From NCBI GenBank assembly GCA_046331705.1, contig JAXLQJ010000001.1, forward strand, positions 186,001 through 250,000: DNA of 64,000 nucleotides, given 5' to 3'. A program made the position numbers and the translations under genes. Of this stretch, positions 11,499 through 21,903 are shown piece after piece (positions within the stretch are counted from its first letter, which is position 1; every line of letters begins with the position of its first letter). The notes below the pieces were generated by a model. It was not told the DNA's origin and ran no database searches. It saw only the letters and a list, made by a program, of their open reading frames with translations. The stretch is from a bacterium. GTDB taxonomy: Bacteria; JADJOY01.

Positions 11499-13193
11499 TC
11501 ACGCTGCCGCGCCCGCGACCGGCTGCCGCAAGAAGCATTGCGCTGCGCTGGGTCCGGAAACGGCGGTGCGCGCCGAGCTCGCCCAGAGCGGCGTCCAGTA
11601 GCTGCTCAGCAGCTCGGCGGTGAGCGCTGCGTCGTCGACGACCACGCCCCACTCGGCGAGATCGGCGAAGTAGAAGTTCTGGGAGCCCACGTAGAAGGCT
11701 TCGTCGTCGACGACGAACATCTTGGCGTGGTTGCCGATGCCGCTGTCGTTGGGCCAGGTCTCGTCGGCGGGGGACGCACGCAGCACGGCGACGCTCGCGC
11801 GCTCGCAGACCAGTGCCGCGAAGTCCGTGAACAAGGGTGCCTGGAACGGATGGTCCCGGAGCCACTCGTACAGCTGGCCGGCGACCTCCTCGGGAGTCCA
11901 GCCGTTGCCGTAGCCCGCTTCGAGCGGACCGAGGCCACCGGGAAGCGAGCCCAGGTTGCTCACCACGATCTCGACCTCGACGCCGCGGATCAGCGCGCGC
12001 GCCAACGCGGCGACGATCGGCTCGGGCCAATCTCCGACGGTGATCGTGCCGGCCCGGATCGGCCCGATGTCCTGCTGCGAGATCCGGATCGAGCGCGTGG
12101 CGCCATTCAGCATCTCCACGATCGCTTGATCGCTGGGATGCTCACCGAGCACTCCGAGGCGGCCCACGGTGACGGCCCGCGCGCCGGGGTGTGACGAGGG
12201 CGCGGCGCGGATTCCGGCGTCGGAAGACGAGGGTGGGCAGCGCGGCGCCGACTCCGGGAAGCGCACGAGCTGAGTCGCGCCCTCGAAAAGCGGCTCCTCG
12301 CAGATCAGGTCCCACAGCCGATCGGCGAAGCGATGCCCGTCGACCGCGGGCGTGCCGGCGAGCCGCATCGAGAGATCGTGGATGGGCGAATACGTGAGGT
12401 AGTGGTCGGTCCAGAAGTTGTGACCGCCTTCGAGCAACCGCTCGCCGTCGACGGCGAGAATCTTCGCGTGGTTCCACGACGAGAGCTGGGTGCGATACGC
12501 GCCGACGTGGATCGTCACGGGCGAGCGCGCGCCCAGATCACGGCTCAGGTGAGCGACCACTTCGGCCGCCTTGGTGGGCGGAGCCGGCGGGGCACCGTAG
12601 AAGAGCCGTACCTGAACGCGTCGCCCGGCGCGCGCGAGGTACGTGATCGCGTTGCGCAACGCCGCTTCGAACCGACCATCCGCCGGGCTCAGGCTGGTGA
12701 TGTCCACGAGCTGCCGCGCCTGAATCACCTCGGCGTGGATGTCGTCGTAGAAGCGGTCCGAATGACCCACACAGAGCTTGCGCGGCGTCTGGCCCGGGCT
12801 CGCCACCGTCGCTCGCACCGTGTCGCAGATTCCGCCTTCGGTGCAGTCCGCCTGCACCTCGCAACGCTGAAGGAGGAAATCGGGATCGCAGTCGGCGTCG
12901 CGCGCGTCGCAGCGCACGGGCGTCGGAAGCTCGGCGAGTGGGCGCCCCCACCACTGCTCGAGCGGTGTCTGCAGCACCCAGCCCGGCTCGACGCGAGTGT
13001 CCGCGCTCAGGTTCCACGTGGATTCGCGAACGTCACCGTAACTCTCGGAGAGCACGTCCAGGGCGCGCTGCACGGGCGCGGAAAACGATTCCGGCGCCAA
13101 CGACGACGGGTCGCGCGAGCTCGAGCCACAGCCCGGCACGACGCCGAGCACCATCGCCAGCACGGCCGCGCCACCACGGACGTTCGCCCCCAT
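11499..13193 (-). CDS. Phospholipase D family lipoprotein (Streptomyces PLD-like)
   Basis: Two HKD motifs (WNHAKILAVD, GNHAKMFVVD..YVGSQN); lipobox-like VPGC; Cys-rich insert. Confidence 0.85.
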   Translation of the reverse strand: MGANVRGGAAVLAMVLGVVPGCGSSSRDPSSLAPESFSAPVQRALDVLSESYGDVRESTWNLSADTRVEPGWVLQTPLEQWWGRPLAELPTPVRCDARDADCDPDFLLQRCEVQADCTEGGICDTVRATVASPGQTPRKLCVGHSDRFYDDIHAEVIQARQLVDITSLSPADGRFEAALRNAITYLARAGRRVQVRLFYGAPPAPPTKAAEVVAHLSRDLGARSPVTIHVGAYRTQLSSWNHAKILAVDGERLLEGGHNFWTDHYLTYSPIHDLSMRLAGTPAVDGHRFADRLWDLICEEPLFEGATQLVRFPESAPRCPPSSSDAGIRAAPSSHPGARAVTVGRLGVLGEHPSDQAIVEMLNGATRSIRISQQDIGPIRAGTITVGDWPEPIVAALARALIRGVEVEIVVSNLGSLPGGLGPLEAGYGNGWTPEEVAGQLYEWLRDHPFQAPLFTDFAALVCERASVAVLRASPADETWPNDSGIGNHAKMFVVDDEAFYVGSQNFYFADLAEWGVVVDDAALTAELLSSYWTPLWASSARTAVSGPSAAQCFLRQPVAGAAA

Positions 13194-13499
13194 CGCTCCC
13201 CCCGAGACGCGACGTGGCCCGCTACCACGTCACGCTCGACGGTAGCTCCGCGGCGGCCGTGCGTGCACGTCGCCCACAGCAGCCGTCCACGGCAGTGCCG
13301 GTACGGCCCGGCGGGGCCCGGCGAAGGCGAGGGTCGGCTCGCGCGAGCCTCCGTGGACGTTCGTGAGCGAGCGATCGTCACCTTCCGCCGCTGCCGAATG
13401 GGCGGCCACCACGGCGGTCGTCTCGAGCCTACCCCTGCTTCATCGCCATGATCGGGCGCATTTCCGCGCCGAACGGCGACGCCGGTTTCGCCGTCGAGC

Positions 13500-15497
13500 T
13501 CAGCCGTTCGCCGGCTTCACCTGAAGATCCGGGTGATCGCGCAGCACGTCGAGGACGCTCGGGTTCTTGAGCGCCGAGACGTTCTTCGGCCAGAGGCCGT
13601 TGAGCACGTCGCGCGCGGCGCGTTCCGAGCGCTTGTTGTTGAGGGTGATCGGGACCTCGGGCACCTGGGCCACCACGGCGGGCACGTGCGCCGCGGAAGT
13701 GCGGGTCTTGATTTCCTTCTTGATGCGCAGCGTGAGCGGTCGGTCGAGCTGGATGCCTGGCTTGAGCACCACCAGCAACACGATCCGGCTGCCACCTGGC
13801 TCGCGAGGTGCGTGCTGCTCCACGGCCATTCCCTCGACCACCTCGGGCACGTGCTCGAGCACCGCGTAGATCTCCGCCGGCCCGATGCGGATGCCGCGCA
13901 CGTTCATGACGCCGTCGGAGCGGCCGAGAATCCGCGCGCCACCCGCGGGCGTGAGCTCGATCAAGTCCCCGTGCGTCCAGAGGCCGGGATTCTGCGAGAA
14001 GTACGCGTCGTGGAAGCGGCTGCCGGTGTCGTCGCCAAAGAGCCCGATGGGACGGGACGGGAACGGCCGCGCGCACACCAGCTCGCCGGGGCCGGCGCCG
14101 AAGGTGCCGTCGGGCAAGAGCGCTCGCACGTCGAGGCCGAGGCTCACGCATTGCGCCTCCCCGCGAATCACGGGGAGGTTCGGGTTGCCGAGGACGAAGC
14201 AACCGATGATGTCGGTGCCGCCCGAGATCGACTGCAGCGGCAACGCGCCCACGTTGTCGCGAACCCAGTCGTAGTGCGGATCGTGGAGGATCGAACCCGT
14301 CGACATCATGGCGCGGAGCTTTCCGAGATCGACTCGCTCGCGCGGCACCAGCCCCAGGTCGCGGCAGTACTGGAGATAGGCCGGACTGGTGCCGAAGACG
14401 GTGATCTCCTCGCGGGCCACCATGCGCCAGAGCGCGTCCTCGGCAGGAAAGCTGACCGAGCCGTCGAACACCACGATCTCGGCGCCGGTCACCAGGGCCG
14501 AGAGCTGCCAATTCCACATCATCCAGCCCGCCGTGGTGTGGAAGTAGAGCTTGTCGTCGGCGGTGAGCGCCGCGTGCAGCACCAGCTCTTTCCAGTGCTC
14601 GAGGAGCGTGCCGCCGGCGCCGTGGACGATGCACTTCGGCGCGCCGGTGGTGCCGGAGGAGAACAGGATGAAGAGCGGATGGTCGAACGGGAATCGCGGC
14701 CACGCGAGCTCGGCCGGCGGCGCAGCCACCGACGGGGCCATGCGTTCCAGCGCGGCGAGGGTGAGCGGCTGGGCAGCGCCGCCGCCACCATCGAACGGCG
14801 CGTCGTCGAGCGATACCACGAGCTCGAGGGATCCGAGGCCGCGCACGACCTCACCCACGTGGCCAGCCAGCTCGCGCTCCTGGCCCTGCTGGGTCTGCGT
14901 GCGATGGGCGAAGAGCACGCGTGGCGCGAGCGGTGCGAAGCGCTGCAGCACCGCGCCGGCGGCGAGATCGGGCGCGACCGACGACCACGTCGCGCCGATG
15001 GCGGCGCTCGCCAGGCACGCCACCACCGCGCTCGCATCGTTGCGAACCACCGCCACGATGCGATCGCCCGGCTGGATGCCGAATCGGGTCAGCGCACGCG
15101 CGAGGCGAATCACGCGCTCGCGTAGCTCGCGGCGCGTGAGACGCTCGATCCGACCGTGCTCGCCGCACGCGGTGATCGCCGGCTGGTCGTCCGCGCGTCC
15201 CGGACCCGCGCAGAGCAGGTTCTCGGCGTAGTTGAGCGAGAGGTCGGGAAAGAACGCCGCGCGCTCGATGGTGTCGCCGCGCAGCGCGGGGGCGCAGGCG
15301 CCGTCGAAACGAACCCCGCTCTCGCGCAGCAGCAAGCCCCAGAAGGTCTCGGGCTGGTCGAGCGCGAAACGCTGCAACGACGCGTAGTCGGGAATCGAGT
15401 GGCCGGTCTCGCGCTCGACCGCGCACATGAAGGCGGTCATCCGCGAACGCGCGACGCTCTCGGCGGTGGGCGCGTACATGACCACCGGATCGCTCAC
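13500..15497 (-). CDS. Acetoacetate--CoA ligase family (ANL superfamily)
   Basis: ILFSSGTTGAPKCIVH, GWMMWNW, SISGGTDI, WTHGD, GRSDG; GTG start overlaps ACP stop (GTGA). Confidence 0.88.
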   Translation of the reverse strand: MSDPVVMYAPTAESVARSRMTAFMCAVERETGHSIPDYASLQRFALDQPETFWGLLLRESGVRFDGACAPALRGDTIERAAFFPDLSLNYAENLLCAGPGRADDQPAITACGEHGRIERLTRRELRERVIRLARALTRFGIQPGDRIVAVVRNDASAVVACLASAAIGATWSSVAPDLAAGAVLQRFAPLAPRVLFAHRTQTQQGQERELAGHVGEVVRGLGSLELVVSLDDAPFDGGGGAAQPLTLAALERMAPSVAAPPAELAWPRFPFDHPLFILFSSGTTGAPKCIVHGAGGTLLEHWKELVLHAALTADDKLYFHTTAGWMMWNWQLSALVTGAEIVVFDGSVSFPAEDALWRMVAREEITVFGTSPAYLQYCRDLGLVPRERVDLGKLRAMMSTGSILHDPHYDWVRDNVGALPLQSISGGTDIIGCFVLGNPNLPVIRGEAQCVSLGLDVRALLPDGTFGAGPGELVCARPFPSRPIGLFGDDTGSRFHDAYFSQNPGLWTHGDLIELTPAGGARILGRSDGVMNVRGIRIGPAEIYAVLEHVPEVVEGMAVEQHAPREPGGSRIVLLVVLKPGIQLDRPLTLRIKKEIKTRTSAAHVPAVVAQVPEVPITLNNKRSERAARDVLNGLWPKNVSALKNPSVLDVLRDHPDLQVKPANG

Positions 15498-15775
15498 GGA
15501 CGCCCTCCGAACTTCGGGTGCGCCATCACGTAGCGCACGATCTTCCCCAAGCCGTCGAAGTTCTCGCGCGACAGATCCTTGCGATCGATCTGGAAGTGGA
15601 ACGTGTCCTCCAGGTGCAAGATGAGCTGCACGAAGCCGAGGCTGTCGAGGATGCCGTGGTCGAGAAAGCTGAGCTCGTCGCTGGTCACGAGCTTGGCGGC
15701 GTCGCCGAAGTGGAAGTTGTCGTCGAGCCAATCGATGACGAGCTGACGGATCTCGGCGCTGTTGGTCGGTGCCAT
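15494..15775 (-). CDS. Acyl carrier protein
   Basis: GILDSLGFV phosphopantetheine serine motif; 93 aa, acidic. Confidence 0.85.
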   Translation of the reverse strand: MAPTNSAEIRQLVIDWLDDNFHFGDAAKLVTSDELSFLDHGILDSLGFVQLILHLEDTFHFQIDRKDLSRENFDGLGKIVRYVMAHPKFGGRP

Positions 15776-15975
15776 GAGCGAACGTGCCTCTTGGGTGCGG
15801 ATGAATGTCGCGCGCGGCCCGCGAGCCGATCCGGCCGCGAACGCGACGGACGGGGCGCAGTGTGGCGCAGCGGCGCGCGCTCCGTCCCCGGCCGCGGCAC
15901 GGCGGCTCCGACGTCCGTCGACCGCGCTATCTTCCGGCGCGGAGCGAACCCGCGCTCGATCGCCGCCGCGACGCC

Positions 15976-16935
15976 ATGACCGACCCGACGCTCGACCCTC
16001 GGCTCTTTCGCGAGGAGGCGATCGCCCCGGAGACGCGCGCCTTCAACCGGCGCATCGAGCAAGTGGCGCGCGCGACGCCGCCAGTCTGGACGATGTCTCC
16101 CACGGACGCGCGGTCGCTGCGCGAGAGCTGGCCGCCGCTGACGTTGCTCGCGAGCGCCGAGACCCGGGCCATCGACGGACCAGCTGGCCCACTCGGGCTG
16201 CGCATCTTCCGCGCCGATCCCTGTGTGGGCTTCTATCTGCATTTCCACCCGGGCGGATGGGTGCTGGGCGCGGCGCATCACCAGGACACGCGCTTGGCCC
16301 GGCTCGCCAACGAGACCGGCCTCACGGTGGTGAGCGTCGATTATCGACTCGCGCCCGAGCACCCGTACCCCGCGGCGCCCGACGACGCCGAGGCCGCCGC
16401 ACGCTGGCTGGTACTGCACGGCGCGCGCGAGCTCGGTGGGCCGGCGTGGTTCGCGATCGGCGGCGAGAGCGCCGGCGCGCAGCTCGCGGTCGTGACGCTC
16501 GTTCGCCTGCGGGATCGCCATCCGCTCGAGCCGTTCGCGGCGCTGGTCGCGAGCTACGGCACCTTCGACCTGGGCGCGACACCCAGCGCGCGCTCCTGGG
16601 GCGATCGCAAGCTGCTCTTCGATCGCGAGACGTTCGAGTGGTACATCGGTCACTTCGTGCCGCCTGCCCTGCGTCAGGATCCCGACGTCTCGCCGCTCTA
16701 CGCGCGACTTCACGAGCTGCCGCCGGCGCTCTTCAGCGTCGGCACGCTCGATCCGGTGCTCGACGACACGCTCTTCCTCCACGCGCGCTGGATCGCCGCC
16801 GCCAATCGCGGCGCGCTCGCGGTCTATCCGGGCGGCGTCCACGGCTTCGACGAGCTCAAGTATCCGCTCGCCGACGCCGCCAACCAGCGCATCCACGACT
16901 TCCTGCGCGACGAGCGCGCGCGCACCGGAACCTGA
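15976..16935 (+). CDS. Alpha/beta hydrolase, HSL-like esterase
   Basis: HPGGW oxyanion loop, VDYRLAPEHPYPAA, GESAG nucleophile, D..D and HGF. Confidence 0.88.
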   Translation: MTDPTLDPRLFREEAIAPETRAFNRRIEQVARATPPVWTMSPTDARSLRESWPPLTLLASAETRAIDGPAGPLGLRIFRADPCVGFYLHFHPGGWVLGAAHHQDTRLARLANETGLTVVSVDYRLAPEHPYPAAPDDAEAAARWLVLHGARELGGPAWFAIGGESAGAQLAVVTLVRLRDRHPLEPFAALVASYGTFDLGATPSARSWGDRKLLFDRETFEWYIGHFVPPALRQDPDVSPLYARLHELPPALFSVGTLDPVLDDTLFLHARWIAAANRGALAVYPGGVHGFDELKYPLADAANQRIHDFLRDERARTGT

Positions 16936-16945
16936 GCGGGGCCAC

Positions 16946-18526
16946 GTGCTCGACTTCGCGATCGTGGGCAGCGGCTTCGGCGGCAGCGTCGCGGCGTTGC
17001 GACTGGCCGAGAAGGGCTACGGCGTCGTCGTCCTCGAGCAGGGCGGCCCGCTCACCGCCGAGCGGATCGCCGCCGCCGACCGAAGCCCGCGCGAGCTCTT
17101 CTGGCTTCCCGCGCTCGGCCTGCACGGTTATTTCGCGCAGCACGTCTTCCAGCATCTGAGCATCGCCGCGGGCGTGGGCGTCGGCGGTGGCAGCCTGGTC
17201 TACGGCGCCGTGCTGCTCGAGCCCGACGGCGCGATCTTCGCGGAGCCGCCGTGGAGCGAGCTGGGCGTGGACTGGCGGCGCGAGCTCGCGCCGCATCTCG
17301 CCACCGCGGCGCGCATGCTCGGCCGCGTCTCGAACCCCGGCTTCGGAAGTCAGGACCGCTTTCTCGAAGCCGCAGCGCGCACGCTCGGCGCCGGCGCGAC
17401 CTTCGGCCCCACCCCGAACGGCATCTACTTCGGCGCGCCAGGCGCCCCGCGCGGCATGCCCGCCGCCGATCCGTATTTCGGCGGCGACGGCCCCGAGCGC
17501 GCCAGCTGCACCTTCTGCGGTCGTTGTCTCACCGGCTGCCCGCACCGCGCCAAGAACACCCTCGACCTCAACTACCTCTACCTGGCCGCGAAGCGCGGCG
17601 CCGAGGTGCGGCCCCACCGCCGCGTGACGCGCATCGAGCGCATCCGCGGCGGCTACCGGCTCACGCTGCGCGATCCGCGCGATTCGAGGCTGCGGCCGCC
17701 GTCGGTCGACGCGCGCCAGGTGGTGCTCGCCGCGGGCGTGGTGGGCACCCTCGACCTGCTCTTTCGCGCCCGCGACCTCGACCGCACCTTGCCGGCGATC
17801 TCGGCACGCCTCGGCGATCGGGTCTTCACCAACAGCGAGGCGATCGTCGGCGTGCGCCACGACGCCGCGCCCGCCGACCTCACGGAAGGCACGGCGATCT
17901 CGTCGCATTTCTGGGCCGACGCGCGGACCCACGTCACCCAGAACCGCTTCGCACCCGCCTACGACTTCATGCGCTACTACGCCGCGCCGCTGGTGGACGG
18001 CGACCAGCCGGTCGCGCGGGCACTCGCGAGCCTCGCTCGAATCGCCGCTCATCCCGTCCGCGCCACGCGCGCCTGGCGACTCACCGATTTCCATCGCCAC
18101 GTCACCATGCTCACGGTGATGCAGCACGCGTCGAACGAGCTCGCGTTTCGCTTCGGCCACCATTGGACCTGGCCGTGGTCTCCGCGCCTCGTGTCGCGCG
18201 TCACCAGCGGGGGCCGTCCGCCCACCTATCTGCGCGAAGCCAACGCCGCGGCGCGCGCCCTCGCGGAGGTGAGCGATGGCGAGCCGTTCAATCTCGCGCC
18301 GGAGAGCATCGGCAATCAGTCGATCACCGCGCACATCCTGGGCGGTTGCCCGATGGCGCTCGACGCCGCGCACGGAGTGATCGACCCCGAGCACCGCGTG
18401 TTCGGCTATCCGGGGCTCTACGTCCTCGACGGCGCCGCGGTGTGCGGCAACGTGGGGGTCAACCCCTCGCTGACGATCACCGCGCTCGCCGAGCGGGCCG
18501 CGGCGCTCATCTCGCCCGTCGCCTGA
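16946..18526 (+). CDS. GMC oxidoreductase, cholesterol oxidase-like
   Basis: IVGSGFGGSV FAD motif, GVGGGSLVY, CxxCGxCxxGC..AKNTLD.NYL, HILGGC, GVNPSLTI. Confidence 0.88.
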   Translation: MLDFAIVGSGFGGSVAALRLAEKGYGVVVLEQGGPLTAERIAAADRSPRELFWLPALGLHGYFAQHVFQHLSIAAGVGVGGGSLVYGAVLLEPDGAIFAEPPWSELGVDWRRELAPHLATAARMLGRVSNPGFGSQDRFLEAAARTLGAGATFGPTPNGIYFGAPGAPRGMPAADPYFGGDGPERASCTFCGRCLTGCPHRAKNTLDLNYLYLAAKRGAEVRPHRRVTRIERIRGGYRLTLRDPRDSRLRPPSVDARQVVLAAGVVGTLDLLFRARDLDRTLPAISARLGDRVFTNSEAIVGVRHDAAPADLTEGTAISSHFWADARTHVTQNRFAPAYDFMRYYAAPLVDGDQPVARALASLARIAAHPVRATRAWRLTDFHRHVTMLTVMQHASNELAFRFGHHWTWPWSPRLVSRVTSGGRPPTYLREANAAARALAEVSDGEPFNLAPESIGNQSITAHILGGCPMALDAAHGVIDPEHRVFGYPGLYVLDGAAVCGNVGVNPSLTITALAERAAALISPVA

Positions 18527-18626
18527 CCTCGGCGCGCACGCACACGTGGCCGAGGTAGCGACGGTACGTTATACGGGCTGCCCTGCAACCGACGCGGCAC
18601 GATCGCCGCCGTCCAAGGAACTCGTC

Positions 18627-19871
18627 ATGCCGCTCGTGATTCCGTCTCGCCGTCACCTGGTCGTCGACAAGGCGTCGGGCATCTTCGCCATCGCCGCGCG
18701 CGCCAAGAACGCCATCGCCCGTCACGGCGCCGAGCGCGTCATCGACTCGACGATCGGCGTGGGCTTGAGCGAGAGCGGTAAGCCCTTCGTCATCCCGACC
18801 TTCGTCACCACGATGCAGGAGCTGCTCGACGCGAAGCCCGAGGCGCTCTGCGCCTACACGCCGCCTGCAGGGGCGGCGACCCTGGCCGACGCGTACGCCA
18901 ACTCGATCCTCGACGGCGTGCCGCTGCCTGACGGCTTGGTGCGCAAGGCCATCCCCACCCATGGCGGGACCGGCGGCCTCACGCTCAGCATCACCAGCCT
19001 CGCCTCGCGCACGGTGATCTCGCACGCACCCTATTGGGAGAACTACGCGCTCATCGCCCAGCAGTGCGGGAAGGAGCTCGCCTGCTTCAACCTCCTCGAC
19101 ACGAACCTGCGCTTCGACGCAGCGGATTTCGAGCGCGTCGTGAAGAAGGTCGCCGCCGAGGAAGAGCGGGTGTGCCTGCTCATCAACAGCCCCTACTCGA
19201 ACCCCACGGGCGCCGCGCTGGAGGCGAGCGAGTGGGACGAGATCGGACGCGTGCTCGCCGCCGTTCGAGGCGACAAGGTGCTGATCCTCGACCTCGCCTA
19301 CATCGACTTCGGACCGCGCGGGCGCGATCCCCAGGACCTGGCATTCGTGGGCAAGCTCTTCGAGCGTGTGCCGGATCTGCACATCGTGATGGTGCCGTCG
19401 CTCTCGAAGTCGATGATGGCCTACGGCTGGCGTTCGGGCGGCGCGATCCTGCTCACCCGCGACAAGGCCGAGGCGGCGAACTGGTTCGACGTGATGGAGG
19501 GAACCATCCGCGGCTCGAACTCGAACGAGGTCACCGCGCCGCAGCAGGCGCTGGTCACGATCCTGGGCTCGGAGACCAAGCGCGCCCAGGTCGCCGCCGA
19601 ACGGCAACACTGCAACGAGATCGTCCAGCGACGGTTCATCGCCTTCAACGAGGCTGCCCACGACGCCGGGCTCAAGGTCTCGAAGCCGGTGGGCGGCTAT
19701 TTCGCCGTCGTCTACGTGCCCGACCCGCTCGACATCGCGCGACGTCTCGAGGAACGCGACGTCTACACGGTGCCGGTGCCCGAGCCCGGCGGATTGCGCA
19801 TCGGCTTGTGCGCGCTACCGCTGCCCAAGGCCACGCGCATCGTCCACGAGATCGCCGCCGTCCTGCGCTGA
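18627..19871 (+). CDS. PLP-dependent aminotransferase class I/II
   Basis: GGTGG, NPTG, DLAY, SLSKS..YGWR.G; AAGGAA RBS before ATG 18627. Confidence 0.88.
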   Translation: MPLVIPSRRHLVVDKASGIFAIAARAKNAIARHGAERVIDSTIGVGLSESGKPFVIPTFVTTMQELLDAKPEALCAYTPPAGAATLADAYANSILDGVPLPDGLVRKAIPTHGGTGGLTLSITSLASRTVISHAPYWENYALIAQQCGKELACFNLLDTNLRFDAADFERVVKKVAAEEERVCLLINSPYSNPTGAALEASEWDEIGRVLAAVRGDKVLILDLAYIDFGPRGRDPQDLAFVGKLFERVPDLHIVMVPSLSKSMMAYGWRSGGAILLTRDKAEAANWFDVMEGTIRGSNSNEVTAPQQALVTILGSETKRAQVAAERQHCNEIVQRRFIAFNEAAHDAGLKVSKPVGGYFAVVYVPDPLDIARRLEERDVYTVPVPEPGGLRIGLCALPLPKATRIVHEIAAVLR

Positions 19872-19884
19872 CGCGACCCAGCGG

Positions 19885-21100
19885 CCGACCGGTCTCCACG
19901 ATCGTCGTCCATCGCTCCGCGAGCCGGCAGGCGAGCCGACGAGCGAAGCGAGGCGCCTTGGGGGTGGGACCCGACGCGGCTTCGCCGCGATGGCCGCGGC
20001 GCTGGAACAGCCCACGAACGCGCATCCCGTCGACCCATCGGCCGACCGGTCTCCACGATCGTCGTCCATCGCTCCGCGAGCCGCAGGCGAGCCGACGAGC
20101 GAAGCGAGGCGACTTGGGGGTGGGACCCGACGCGGCTTCGCCGCGATGGCCGCGGCGCTGGAACAGCCCACGAACGAGCATCCCGTCGACCGCCCCGCTG
20201 CCGGTCTCCACGATCGTCGTCCATCTCTCCGCGAGCCGGCAGGCGAGCCGACGAGCGAAGCGAGGCGCCTTGGGGGTGGGACCCGACGCGGCTTCGCCGC
20301 GATGGCCGCGGCGCTGGAACAGCCCACGAACGCGCATCCCGTCGACCCATCGGCCGACCGGTCTCCACGATCGTCGTCCATCGCTCCGCGACTCCGCGGC
20401 CGGCAGGCGAGCCGACGAGCGAAGCGAGGCGCCTTGGGGGTGGGACCCGACGCGGCTTCGCCGCGATGGCCGCGGCGCTGGAACAGCCCACGAACGCGCA
20501 TCCCGTCGACCCATCGGCCGACCGGTCTCCCGCTCGTCGTCCATCTCTCCGCGAGCCCGCAGGCGAGCCGACGAGCGAAGCGAGGCGACTTGGGGGTGGG
20601 CCCGACGCGGCTTCGCCGCGATGGCCGCGGCGCTGGAACAGCCCACGAACGAGCATCCCGTCGACCGCCCGCTGCCGGTCTCCACGATCGTCGTCCATCT
20701 CTCCGCGAGCCCGCAGGCGAGCCGACGAGCGAAGCGAGGCGACTTGGGGGTGGGCCCGACGCGGCTTCGCCGCGATGGCCGCGGCGCTGGAACAGCCCAC
20801 GAACGCGCATCCCGTCGACCGCCCCGCTGCGCGGTCTCCACGATCGTCGTCCATCTCTCCGCGAGCCCGCAGGCGAGCCGACGAGCGAAGCGAGGCGCCT
20901 TGGGGGTGGGACCCGACGCGGCTTCGCCGCGAGGCGCGGCGTGGAACAGCCCCAACGACATCCCGTCGACCCGCCGCGGTCTCGACGCGCCATCTCTCCG
21001 CGAGCCGGCAGGCGAGCCGACGAGCGAAGCGAGGCGCCTTGGGGGTGGGACCCGACGCGGCTTCGCCGCGGCGGGCGGGGGGCTGGAACAGCCCCCCGCA
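19885..21100. repeat. Intergenic tandem array of eight ~157-bp REP/BIME-like units
   Basis: Core GAGCGAAGCGAGGCG at 19941, 20097, 20253, 20417, 20573, 20727, 20883, 21022; lies between convergent genes; last two units degenerate. Confidence 0.92.
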
Positions 21101-21105
21101 ACAAC

Positions 21106-21687
21106 TCAGTGACACGTGAGCTCGGTACCCATCCGCCGTGCGACCTCCTCGGCAAAACTGAGCAGCGGGAGCGCCGCTTCCTGCCGGAAGAAGCGCGTCT
21201 TGCGCATGAAATCGAGCGCGCCCGAGTAGTAAACGAATCGCTCCGCGAGATCGCGGTACATCGGCGCATCGGTGCTGGCGATCAAGGACTCGACCTCGGC
21301 GACACGGCGATACGAGCGCTGCCCCTCTTGCACGTAGCGATCGAGTGATGCGTGGCGCTCGACGAAATCGCGGAAGAGCCCACTCATGAAGAGCGAGAAG
21401 TCTCCGATGTAGCGCCGGAAATCGCGGTGCTTCGCGTCGCCGGATTGCTCGGCGATCGTCTCACCCACGAGCATCTCGACCAGCGACTCGATGGGACGTC
21501 CCGCGAGATTGGTGATGCGATAGAGCCGCTCGCAGCGCGCGAAGTCGGCGAGCACACCCGAGACGTAGTCGACGATGGCGGAATCCTGGATCGCGAGCTC
21601 CTCGAACACGTCGTGCGTGAGCTCGGTGAAGAAGGTCTTGAGCGATCGAGGGTCAGGTCCGGCAAGGACGATCACGGGCTCGGGCAT
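21106..21687 (-). CDS. Hypothetical helical protein
   Basis: Strong RBS AAGGAAGG; protein-like composition; RRYIGDFSLFMSGLF and YVQEGQRSY segments. Confidence 0.75.
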   Translation of the reverse strand: MPEPVIVLAGPDPRSLKTFFTELTHDVFEELAIQDSAIVDYVSGVLADFARCERLYRITNLAGRPIESLVEMLVGETIAEQSGDAKHRDFRRYIGDFSLFMSGLFRDFVERHASLDRYVQEGQRSYRRVAEVESLIASTDAPMYRDLAERFVYYSGALDFMRKTRFFRQEAALPLLSFAEEVARRMGTELTCH

Positions 21688-21740
21688 GGCACACCTTCCT
21701 TGGTTTCACCTCCGACCTCAGGTGGTCGCAAAACGCTAAT

Positions 21741-21756
21741 AGCAAGGGACGTACCG
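21741..21756 (-). promoter_or_regulatory. Possible sigma54 -24/-12 promoter
   Basis: Minus strand CGGTACG-N4-TTGCT, about 55 nt upstream of the 21687 start. Confidence 0.4.
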
Positions 21757-21903
21757 CGAATCCGAGCTCGCAGCCGGAACCGCTGCGCGTGCGTGTATAC
21801 ACGCGCGGCGTCGTCTCAAAGCCGCACCACGGCGGGAAAAAGAGCGGAAACGCGCGGGAGATCGAGCGCCGCCGCCACTCGCGACGCGCGTCTTCAGCGC
21901 CCG

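Noticed and set aside
8203-11601. Long alternative ORFs (e.g. 8203..11601, 55984..58770, 2192..4492, 21352..23484)
   Set aside because: Arg/Ala/Pro-rich shadow frames overlapping well-supported genes, expected at this GC content
19885-21100. CRISPR array or repeat-protein gene
   Set aside because: Units are near-identical end to end with no unique spacers and no cas genes nearby; unit length varies and ORFs run in all frames only because the GC-rich unit lacks stops
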